The notes: generated by a model not told the origin, from the sequence alone. Counted from the stretch's first letter, positions 9,890 to 17,466 are shown. The stretch: DNA of 64,000 nt from an uncultured Peptoniphilaceae bacterium (GCA_964432945.1 CAYSPO010000001.1:21506-85505); one strand, 5' to 3'. Numbers and translations: made by a program.

Positions 9890-10005
9890 TAAGTAAATCT
9901 GAATATTAAATAAAATTATAATTTTTTATAATATTTTGCTTATAAAAAGAAGAATTTTTGAGCTTTTGACTTTCAAATAAGAAATAAAATCTCAGAGATA
10001 TTTAT

Positions 10006-10034
10006 TTGATTAATTATAAATTAGTATATATAAT
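10006..10034 (+). promoter_or_regulatory. candidate sigma-A promoter for the first Cys-Sec-COOH gene
   Basis: TTGATT, 17 nt, TATAAT, about 38 nt upstream of ATG 10073. AT-rich context makes chance matches common. Confidence 0.4.
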
Positions 10035-10072
10035 CAATTGAAAATAAATAATCTTAAAAAAAGGTGTGAAAT

Positions 10073-10576
10073 ATGGATCTTAAAAAGCTAAAAATTAAAA
10101 ATATATTACTAGTTATATTTGCTATAGGAGTGTTATATATAGGATTTACCAGCTTTAATACTGGAACAGAAGATGACGTAGTGGATATAGGTGTATCTGA
10201 AGATAATGAATTATTGAAGTATTTTAGAAAAAGCTATCCTGATTATGAGGTTCTCAAAGCTGGTGAAGAAGATGTAGATGCAAATGGATTTAATGATCTA
10301 GTTGTTATTTATAATATTTCAAGAGATAAGCTAGGTTACCCTACAAAAAACGAAATGTTAGTTATATTAAATAATAATGGTGTTTATGAAATGACTCAAT
10401 CTACAAGAGCACCTATTGAAAAACATGTAATACAGTTTCAAAACATTGAAAATGATGATAGGTATGAAATAACAGTCTCTGGTTCAAAAAGAGGGCAATA
10501 TGGTTTTGGTATATATGAAATAAAAGACAATGCTCTTGTGAATATATATGGTGAAGGAATGGAAAAATGCTGATAG
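10073..10576 (+). CDS. membrane-anchored protein ending in Cys-Sec-COOH (TGA 10571..10573 read as selenocysteine, real stop TAG 10574..10576)
   Basis: Has an N-terminal TM helix. It is a paralogue of 15355..15897, and both end ...GEGM(E/D)xC with the identical hexamer context TGC-TGA-TAG. A hairpin follows in the 3' UTR. This may correspond to the family I recall being named 'Cys-Cys-COOH (seleno)protein SaoC'; I cannot verify that here. Confidence 0.7.
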
Positions 10577-10585
10577 AAAATATGT

Positions 10586-10602
10586 ATGCTTAGGATAAGC
10601 AT
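10586..10602 (+). promoter_or_regulatory. candidate SECIS hairpin (3' of TGA 10571)
   Basis: ATGCTTA-GGA-TAAGCAT, starting 15 nt after the TGA. The apical loop contains GG. Confidence 0.5.
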
Positions 10603-10650
10603 GAATAAGAAAACTTTATATAAGAATAAAAAATTAAAATGATACAATCG

Positions 10651-10681
10651 TTGGGTTAAAGTCGACTTTAATGTTTATACT
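10651..10681 (+). promoter_or_regulatory. MerR-type promoter/operator P1
   Basis: TTGGGT (-35), a 19-nt spacer, then TATACT (-10). The perfect 16-bp palindrome TTAAAGTCGACTTTAA (10656..10671) lies inside the spacer. Confidence 0.6.
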
Positions 10682-10696
10682 TAGAAGGAGGTGAAT

Positions 10697-11248
10697 ATGA
10701 TGAAAATCAAAGATGTAAGTGAATTGACAGGTTTAGCTGGATCCACTATAAGATATTATGATAGCTTAGGACTATTAGGTCCTATAGATAGATTATCAAA
10801 TAATTATAGAAAATTCAATAAACATGATGTAGATATACTTAATTTTATCTCTGAGTCTAGAGATCTTGGTTTTTCTCTTGCCGAAGTTAAAGAAATTTTG
10901 CAAATGAAAAATAGCGGTAAAGAGCCATGTGCGTATGTTGAGAATAAGATTAAGGAAAAAATTACCTTAATAGATGAACATATAAAAGATTTGGAAAAGA
11001 AAAGAGTTGAACTTAACAAGCACTTAGAAATTGGACATTCTGTTTGTGGTTGTCATGGTAATGTTTGTCATTATATTGAAGGCTTAGTTGGAGTAGAAGA
11101 GGAGGATTCATCGACTTGTTCCTGTGGGTGTGAAGAAGAAATAGAGAAATCATCAGGATGTTCTTGTGGATGTGAAGAAGAAACTGAGTTAGACAATTCT
11201 TGTTCATCAAAGAATTCTTCTAAAAACAAGGGTTGTAGCTGCTGTTAG
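10697..11248 (+). CDS. MerR-family metal-responsive transcriptional regulator with a Cys-rich C-terminal tail
   Basis: HTH MKIKDVSELTGLAGSTIRYYDSLGLL. Cys residues in EPCAY and VCGCHGNVCH sit at positions comparable to the three metal-ligand cysteines of MerR. The tail has SCGCEEE repeats and ends GCSCC. Start is ATG 10697 or 10700, after AAGGAGG. Confidence 0.85.
   Translation: MMKIKDVSELTGLAGSTIRYYDSLGLLGPIDRLSNNYRKFNKHDVDILNFISESRDLGFSLAEVKEILQMKNSGKEPCAYVENKIKEKITLIDEHIKDLEKKRVELNKHLEIGHSVCGCHGNVCHYIEGLVGVEEEDSSTCSCGCEEEIEKSSGCSCGCEEETELDNSCSSKNSSKNKGCSCC
11117..11188 (+). repeat. tandem 42-nt-period coding repeat (CSCGCEEExE twice) in the regulator tail
   Basis: TGTTCCTGTGGGTGTGAAGAAGAAATAGAG (11117..11146) and TGTTCTTGTGGATGTGAAGAAGAAACTGAG (11159..11188). 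Confidence 0.8.
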
Positions 11249-11279
11249 GCTGAATTACTTATCTTACCTATAGAAAGTT

Positions 11280-12080
11280 GTGATTATGGGAAAAATAAAG
11301 ATAGAGAATTTCAGAAATTTTATCAATTTATTTTTAATAGCTATAATTATTGGACTATCTATAATAATTTTTAAAAATAATAATCCAAAAATAAAAGAAA
11401 ATAATAATAAGCCTGTAATCAGAATTGGTGCAGGTGATGATATATCAGGAATTGTTCTTGACTATATGCAGTCAGAAACTAATGAATTTAAGTTAGAACC
11501 TTATTTTATCAAAGATTGCTGAGCGACTACTTCTCAATGGGCATTGAGTAGTAATGCGTATTCTATGGCAATTGTTTGTAAAGATGCTGCAAAAAAGTAT
11601 ATAGACACAAGTCCTGATTTTGAAATTATAGGACCTGTAATTATGAATTCAGACATAGTTTTAGAGTCGACTAGAGATATTACAAGTGTAGGTATTACAA
11701 GTAAGAAAAGTTATCACAGAGATTTTGTTCGTGAATTATATGGTGAAGATGTTGAAATTATTGAGCTTATGCCTCAAAGTTTGCCATATGTTTATGAAAC
11801 AGCAAGAGTCGATGCAATAATAACTGATATAACAAAATTTACGAGTAACATAAAAGGAGAAGTGAAAAGTCCTAGTCAGGAAGATTATGTAACAAATATT
11901 TTAATAGCAAGAAGTGATTTTATTGGAACTAAAGAATATAAAGATTTTGTTAATAAATATAATGAAATCGTAAATGAACTAAATTCTGAAGGTCTTCCTA
12001 TTGATTATATAGAGAAAAAAACAAATTTAGATGAAGGGAGTTATGAGTATTGGAAAGTAAAGCTACTAACAATAAAGTAG
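11280..12080 (+). CDS. membrane-anchored ABC substrate-binding-like selenoprotein (Cys-Sec at TGC-TGA 11517..11522)
   Basis: Track ORFs 11280..11522 and 11544..12080 are in the same frame, separated only by the TGA and 7 sense codons. Joined length is about 266 aa with an N-terminal TM anchor. It lies directly upstream of the cognate permease and ATPase. A hairpin follows the TGA. Confidence 0.65.
11528..11553 (+). promoter_or_regulatory. candidate SECIS hairpin (3' of TGA 11520)
   Basis: TACT/AGTA plus CTCAAT/ATTGAG stems with one T-T mismatch. Apical loop is GGGC. Confidence 0.5.
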
Positions 12081-12847
12081 TCTCATTTTTTCAAGATGAG
12101 ACTACCAAACATACATTAGCAAGATTACTTACATATGGAACACTCATTTTAGTTTGGCATCTTTTAGCCACTTATATCGATATACCACTTGTTTTGCCCG
12201 CTCCATTAGATACATTAAGGGCTTTTATAGACAGTATCATCGATATTAAAGTTATGAGCAATGTTGGTATAACTTTAATGAGAGTTCTAAAGGGATGGGG
12301 ATTAGCCTTAGTCTTTGGAATACCTATCGGTATTGCAATGGGATTATCTCCTATTTTTGACAGTGTTTTTGGAGGTATAGTTAACTCTTTAAGACAAGTG
12401 CCAATGATGGCTTGGGTACCTCTTTCAATTATTTGGTTTGGAATTGGTGATGGTCCAACGTTATTTATGATTGCACTAAATGGAGTTTTCCAAATCATTA
12501 TGAATACATCTTCAGGTGTGGCTAATATTTCTGAAGATTATTATAATGCAGCCAAAAGCATGGGTGCTAGTAAACTAAGTATCTTTAAGAACATTATTAT
12601 CCCAGCAGCTCTACCAGATATGTTAACTGGAGCAAGATTAGCCATTGGAGCTGGCTGGATGTCTGTTATCTGAGCGGAGTTCATTGCGACAAGTGCCGGG
12701 CTCGGCTACGAAATGATAGAAGCACAATCTATGATGCAAACTAATAAACTTATAGCGTTAATGTTTTTAGCAGCATTTATAGGGTTTTTAATTGACAATG
12801 TAATACAATTTCTAAATAAGAAATTAACAAAATGGAGATATGTATAG
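12050..12847 (+). CDS. ABC transporter permease (NitT/TauT-SsuC type) with in-frame TGA 12671..12673 read as selenocysteine
   Basis: TTG start 9 nt after GAAGGGAG. After the TGA, 57 further sense codons (AEFIATSAGLGYEMIEAQ...LMFLAAFIGFLIDNVIQ...) run to TAG 12845..12847. They align residue-for-residue with the C-terminus of the paralogue at 30608..31453 (VAAEMLPGSMSGLGYLIAHA...IICIGLIGALFDAIYS). The next gene starts at 12848. Confidence 0.75.
12693..12709 (+). promoter_or_regulatory. candidate SECIS hairpin (3' of TGA 12671)
   Basis: A locally GC-rich hairpin, GTGCCG-GGCT-CGGC(T)AC, in an otherwise AT-rich gene. The loop contains GG. Confidence 0.45.
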
Positions 12848-13633
12848 ATGAAATTAGTTGTTGATAATTTATGTAAATCTTATTCGAATTCAGGAGAAGA
12901 TAATCATGTTTTAGAAAATATTAGCTTTTCAGTTGAAGAAGGAGAGGTTGTAACCCTTTTAGGTCCATCAGGATGTGGAAAGACAACAACTTTAACTATT
13001 ATAGCAGGTTTCAATGATTATGATTCAGGTCAAGTTTTATTAAATGGAGAATTAACAGACAAACCAGGTCCTAATAAGGGTTTTATGTTTCAAAACTATG
13101 CATTATTTCCTTGGATGACGGTAGAAGAAAATATTCGCTTTCCAATGAAGCAATTAAAATATGATAAAGAAAAAATCGATAAAAGAACTAAGTATTTATT
13201 AGATCTGGCTAGGTTGACTAAATACAAGGATTATTACCCTCATCAAATATCTGGGGGTATGAAACAAAGAAATTCTTTGGTGAGAGCATTAGCTCTTGAG
13301 CCAGAAATTTTATTGATGGATGAACCTCTTGGGGCTTTAGATATTGAAATGAGACAAAGTCTTCAAGATCAATTATTAGAAATATTTGATGATCTAAAAT
13401 TAACAGTAATAATAGTAACCCATGATGTGGAAGAAGCAATTTACTTGAGCGATAGAGTAATACTTATGTCCACAAATAAGGGTGAGATTATTTTGAACGA
13501 AAAAATAACTATGCCTCACCCAAGAAAAAGAAAAGATCCTCAATACCAACAATATGTAGATTTGTTATCAGAAAAGTTTATAGAAGCAAGTAAAAAAGGA
13601 GCACAAGCTCAAGGAAGTAGTGAAGATGAATAG
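12848..13633 (+). CDS. ABC transporter ATP-binding protein (NitT/TauT family)
   Basis: Walker A GPSGCGKTT, signature ISGGMKQR, Walker B LLMDEPLGALD. Confidence 0.9.
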   Translation: MKLVVDNLCKSYSNSGEDNHVLENISFSVEEGEVVTLLGPSGCGKTTTLTIIAGFNDYDSGQVLLNGELTDKPGPNKGFMFQNYALFPWMTVEENIRFPMKQLKYDKEKIDKRTKYLLDLARLTKYKDYYPHQISGGMKQRNSLVRALALEPEILLMDEPLGALDIEMRQSLQDQLLEIFDDLKLTVIIVTHDVEEAIYLSDRVILMSTNKGEIILNEKITMPHPRKRKDPQYQQYVDLLSEKFIEASKKGAQAQGSSEDE

Positions 13634-14270
13634 TAAAATAGATATTTCAGAAGTTCTTACACATGAAGATAATTTAACTTCAGATGAAAAGTTTTATAGA
13701 TTAAAAATTGTAGAAAAACTGGCAACAGAAGATAGACCTATTAGATTAAATGAGCTTCCAGAAATAAGCTCTCAAATGTATGAAATTCTCCACGACAAAG
13801 GAGCTATTGTATTAGATGAAAATAAAGAAAATATAATGTATGCTTACCCTGTTTCAGGGCCGCATACAAACCATGAAATTCATTTGGCAGATGGCAGGGT
13901 CTTTCATTCTATGTGTGCTATAGACTCTCTTGGCTCTACTTTTACCTTTGGACAAGATTTAACTATAAAATCTCAGTGTTCTACCAGTGGAAAAGAAGTT
14001 ATTGTAGAAATAGAGAATGGAAAAATTAAATCTACAAATGCTGATGATATTTATGCTATTCATGTTGATTTAAATGCATTTGAAGAATGGTCAGCTAGCT
14101 GCTGAAATGTTATGAATTTTTTCCGTGGGAAAGAAAACATGATTGAATATTACGAAGGAAATGAACTTGACGAAAAGACTAGCTTTGGTCTTGATTTAGA
14201 TACAGCATTTAAAGTAGGAAAAAAAGTTTTTAGTGTTGAACATACCTTATATGAATTTGTAGTTAAGTAA
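13620..14270 (+). CDS. organomercurial-lyase (MerB) family selenoprotein (Cys-Sec at TGC-TGA 14100..14105)
   Basis: FHSMCAIDSL matches MerB YAWCALDTL (Cys96/Asp99). SASC-U-NVMNFF matches MerB SFCCHVHFF (Cys159/Cys160). Reading through the TGA adds 54 codons to TAA 14268..14270, giving 216 aa, which is MerB-like length. Start is GTG 13620 or ATG 13626. Confidence 0.75.
14112..14140 (+). promoter_or_regulatory. candidate SECIS hairpin (3' of TGA 14103)
   Basis: ATG..TTTTTTCC-GTG-GGAAAGAA..CAT imperfect hairpin with a G-rich apex. Confidence 0.4.
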
Positions 14271-14281
14271 GGAGGGATTGG

Positions 14282-15352
14282 ATGTTTTTGTCATATATTA
14301 AAGAAATTTTACTCGCTTCATTAGATTTACTTAACGGTACATCCGCTTGGCTTATTGCAAGTTACCTTTTAGCAGGACTTACAAGAGATATAATTTCACC
14401 AGCTAGGCTGCAAAAGTCTTTAGGGAATACAAAAATATCCTCTATTATAAAATCTACATTACTAAGTATGTGTTTACCTGTATGTAGCTGTGGATCAGTT
14501 CCCTTAGGTATAAGTATGTATGAATCAGGGGCTTATGTCGGGCCAACCTTAGCATTTTTTGCAGGCTCTCCTATCTTAAATCCAGCTTCAATTATTTTGA
14601 GCTTTGGTTTGTTAGGTAAAGAAATCACTCTTATAAATATTGGAGCAGGTTTAATTTTACCTATTATAATCGGAGTTTTGGGAAATAAATTAGCTGGCGA
14701 TGAGCTTATGGATACCAAAATTCAAAAAGAGATAGAAAATATTAAAATTGAAAAAGATGAAAGATCTATTTTCTCAAAAATGAAATCAGGACTTAAATGG
14801 GTAAATAGTGAATTTGCTGTTAATTCTAGCAAATATATAGTTTTTGGTATGCTTTTTGGAGGGTTTTTATTAGTATCTTTTCCTCAAGCATTTATTCAAA
14901 AATATCTCGGTGATCCGGGAGTTATGACACTTTGGAATGTTGCACTTCTGGCTACTCTTATGTATGTATGTGCAGTAGGGCATATTCCTTTTATTGCAGC
15001 TTTGATAGCTAGTGGGGCATCCCCTGGAGCAGCTATAACATTTTTAATGGCAGGAGCAGCAACAAATATTCCAGAAATTATAAGTATAGGATCAATGATT
15101 GGTAAAAAAACAGCAGCCATCTATACTATTGTAATTAGTTCATTTTCTATGCTTGTAGGTATGATTACAAACAAGTTATTAATGCCTGGGTTTCAAAGGC
15201 AAATTGAATATGATGAAGTTGATAAAGCTATAAATACTGCTAATAGTCTTTTATTAAGTTTTCCTGATTGGGTTAAAAACTTATGTACTGCTATTGTAAT
15301 AATTTATTTTCTAAAGGCAATGTATAATTCTTTAATTAGAGATAGGATTTAA
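14282..15352 (+). CDS. polytopic permease, DUF318/ArsP-like family, CxC motif
   Basis: About 10 TM segments in a two-repeat architecture. Motif LPVCSCGSVPLG. Paralogue of 18162..19256 and more distantly of 46081..47121 (FCSCSSIP). Good RBS AGGAGGG. Confidence 0.8.
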   Translation: MFLSYIKEILLASLDLLNGTSAWLIASYLLAGLTRDIISPARLQKSLGNTKISSIIKSTLLSMCLPVCSCGSVPLGISMYESGAYVGPTLAFFAGSPILNPASIILSFGLLGKEITLINIGAGLILPIIIGVLGNKLAGDELMDTKIQKEIENIKIEKDERSIFSKMKSGLKWVNSEFAVNSSKYIVFGMLFGGFLLVSFPQAFIQKYLGDPGVMTLWNVALLATLMYVCAVGHIPFIAALIASGASPGAAITFLMAGAATNIPEIISIGSMIGKKTAAIYTIVISSFSMLVGMITNKLLMPGFQRQIEYDEVDKAINTANSLLLSFPDWVKNLCTAIVIIYFLKAMYNSLIRDRI

Positions 15353-15354
15353 CT

Positions 15355-15897
15355 ATGATTAATCTAGATAGGGAAAAGAGAATTATAAATATTTATTATA
15401 AGGAAAAGCTAGTTTTAACAATAGACGCAAGCTTAATGACTAAATTTTTTCTTACAGTAATAGTTATTCTAGTTGGTTATATAGGCTATATTCAAAACGC
15501 TAGTTTTAAAGAAGCAGATTTTGGAGTTGAAAAAGATAATCCACTTTTACTTTATTTTGAAGAAGAATTTCCTAATAATCCTGTTATCAAATGTAAATTA
15601 GGTGATGTAAATAACGATGGTAGAGATGATTTAATAGTTATTTACCAAATGCAGTTTCAAGATGGTAATGAATTGCGAGTGGTCTTTGATACAGATAATG
15701 GATATGAAGTTTCTAATCAAAATAGAGCTCCTTATGAAAACCAAACTATTGAATTAATTGATATAGATAATTCTCCTCCTATGGAATTTATTGCATCTGG
15801 CTCTAAAAGAGGAAGATATGGCTATGAGATTTATAGGGTTGATAATTCTACTCAGTTAGCCAGCGTCTTTGGAGAGGGAATGGATGTGTGCTGATAG
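15355..15897 (+). CDS. membrane-anchored protein ending in Cys-Sec-COOH (TGA 15892..15894 read as Sec, stop TAG 15895..15897)
   Basis: Paralogue of 10073..10576. They share blocks DVNNDGRDDLIVIY / DANGFNDLVVIY, SGSKRG(R/Q)YG and GEGM. Same TGC-TGA-TAG ending, with a downstream hairpin. Confidence 0.7.
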
Positions 15898-15906
15898 GTT
15901 TATAAA

Positions 15907-15922
15907 AAGTTCAGGTGAGCTT
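15907..15922 (+). promoter_or_regulatory. candidate SECIS hairpin (3' of TGA 15892)
   Basis: AAGTTC-AGGT-GAGCTT hairpin 13 nt after the TGA. The loop contains GGU. Confidence 0.45.
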
Positions 15923-15970
15923 ATATATAAGAAAATCTTATCCATTATAAATTAGCATAAGTAAATATTA

Positions 15971-16003
15971 TTAGACTATAAAGACGACTTTATAGTTTAT
16001 AAT
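15971..16003 (+). promoter_or_regulatory. second MerR-type operator/promoter P2
   Basis: ACTATAAAGACGACTTTATAGT (15975..15996) has core TAAAGACGACTTTA, matching 13 of 14 positions of the P1 core TAAAGTCGACTTTA. Its centre lies at the same distance from a -10 hexamer (TATAAT 15998..16003) as in P1. It could also fold as an RNA hairpin. Confidence 0.55.
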
Positions 16004-16075
16004 AATATTATGATATTGAGTATATATATATTCAACAAATAATGTTATACATAGGTAAAACTTTTAGGAGGAAAT

Positions 16076-17329
16076 ATGAAAAAGAAAGTATTAGCAAGCA
16101 TATTAGCTTGTACTCTTATTCTTTCATCTTTTACTGCTTGTAAAAACTCTGGAACATCATCTGTAGAAAAAATCGAATATGATCCTGTAGCAGAGCTTGA
16201 AAATTTCGAATTAAGAGAAATACCAGAAGCAGATAAAGATTTCAAAATTGAGATGGGCTATAATAACTGTGACCATATGGTTGGAGCTATTATAGGGGAA
16301 GAAGCAGGAATTTATGACGCTTTAGACTTAAATGTAAATGTAACTCAAACTAACAATACAAACATAGCTCAAGCCATGTCAACTAATGAAATGCAAGTTG
16401 GTTATATGGGAATTGACGGAGCAATAAGATCTCACAATGAAGGAGCACCTCTATTTATGAGTGCTGCAAATCATATTGGTGGATCAAGATACTTAGTAGC
16501 TTCTAATGATATTAAAAAGCCAGAAGATTTAATTGGTAAAACATTAGGAATTTCTCAAGATACAGCGAATAACCCAGAATGGTTACAATGGGCAAAAGAA
16601 TTAGGAATTCCAGCAGAAGCTGAAAACTATGAAATAGTAGAAATAGCACAAAAAGATGGACCTTTAGCTTTAAAAGCAGGACAAATAGATGCATTCGCTT
16701 GCTGTGATCCGTTTGCTTCACAATCAGAGCTTATGGAAGTTGGCCACATTATGGCAATAGGTTGGGGAACTGATGTAGAACAAGCTGAAAGTAATGATGC
16801 ATGGGGCATGTGCTGTATACATGCTATGAACCAAAACTTTGAAAAAGAACATCCAGAACTAGCTCAAAGACTTATGGTAGCTCATATATTAGCAGTTCAA
16901 TACTTATATGAACATCCATACAATGCGGCTATGATGTTTGCTGAAGGGTTTGGGACAACACCAGAAGTTGGTTTATTAACAGTATATATGAAGACTGTTG
17001 CTGAAGGTAGAACAATAACTTGGGAATTTGATGAAGAAAACCTTAAAAACTTCGTAAAAGAGTATGAAGATTGGAATGTTGATCCAGAGAAAATTCCTGA
17101 TTTAAGTAAAATAGAATCATTTATGGGTAAAAATATGCTTGAAGAAAGCAATATTATGCACTTTGAGGATTACCTAGAAGAATCAAATTTAGATGAAGTA
17201 TTCCCACTTGGAATGCCATTTGAAGATTGGTTAGCGAAAGCTAAAGCAATAGATGGTATTGATAATGAAATGGGTAATGATATTAAAGTTCCAGAAATTT
17301 ACCAAGAACAAGGATACTCAGCTAACTAA
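16076..17329 (+). CDS. ABC substrate-binding lipoprotein (NMT1/SsuA-like, NitT/TauT family)
   Basis: Signal peptide plus lipobox SSFTAC. About 417 aa and SsuA/NMT1-like (...GQIDAFACCDPFASQ...). Strong RBS AGGAGG. Confidence 0.75.
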   Translation: MKKKVLASILACTLILSSFTACKNSGTSSVEKIEYDPVAELENFELREIPEADKDFKIEMGYNNCDHMVGAIIGEEAGIYDALDLNVNVTQTNNTNIAQAMSTNEMQVGYMGIDGAIRSHNEGAPLFMSAANHIGGSRYLVASNDIKKPEDLIGKTLGISQDTANNPEWLQWAKELGIPAEAENYEIVEIAQKDGPLALKAGQIDAFACCDPFASQSELMEVGHIMAIGWGTDVEQAESNDAWGMCCIHAMNQNFEKEHPELAQRLMVAHILAVQYLYEHPYNAAMMFAEGFGTTPEVGLLTVYMKTVAEGRTITWEFDEENLKNFVKEYEDWNVDPEKIPDLSKIESFMGKNMLEESNIMHFEDYLEESNLDEVFPLGMPFEDWLAKAKAIDGIDNEMGNDIKVPEIYQEQGYSAN

Positions 17330-17340
17330 AAAATTAAAAT

Positions 17341-17369
17341 AATAGGATCATTTATGATCCTATTATTTT
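17341..17369 (+). terminator. rho-independent terminator
   Basis: AATAGGATCA-TTTA-TGATCCTATT followed by ATTTTG. Confidence 0.6.
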
Positions 17370-17466
17370 GTTATTATCAATTAGTATAAGAAATTTTTAT
17401 GATAAAGAATGATTATGCTTAATGAAATTAAACTATGCTAAAATATAGTAAGTAAGAGGAGTGTGT

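Noticed and set aside
15975-15996. Reading this palindrome simply as the terminator of the 15355..15897 gene.
   Set aside because: It has no following U tract. It shares 13 of 14 core positions and identical spacing to a -10 hexamer with the MerR-type operator at 10656..10671. I therefore report it as an operator, though an additional RNA-hairpin role cannot be excluded.
16700-16705. The vicinal Cys-Cys in the lipoprotein binding protein (AFACCDPF), and the FPCCTMN in the 29160 binding protein, as positional equivalents of the Cys-Sec pair in the 11280 binding protein.
   Set aside because: By eye the CU pair of 11280..12080 lies about 80 residues from the N-terminus, in a different segment from either CC pair, and the two CC pairs do not align with each other. 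The resemblance is probably coincidental, or at most functional rather than positional.
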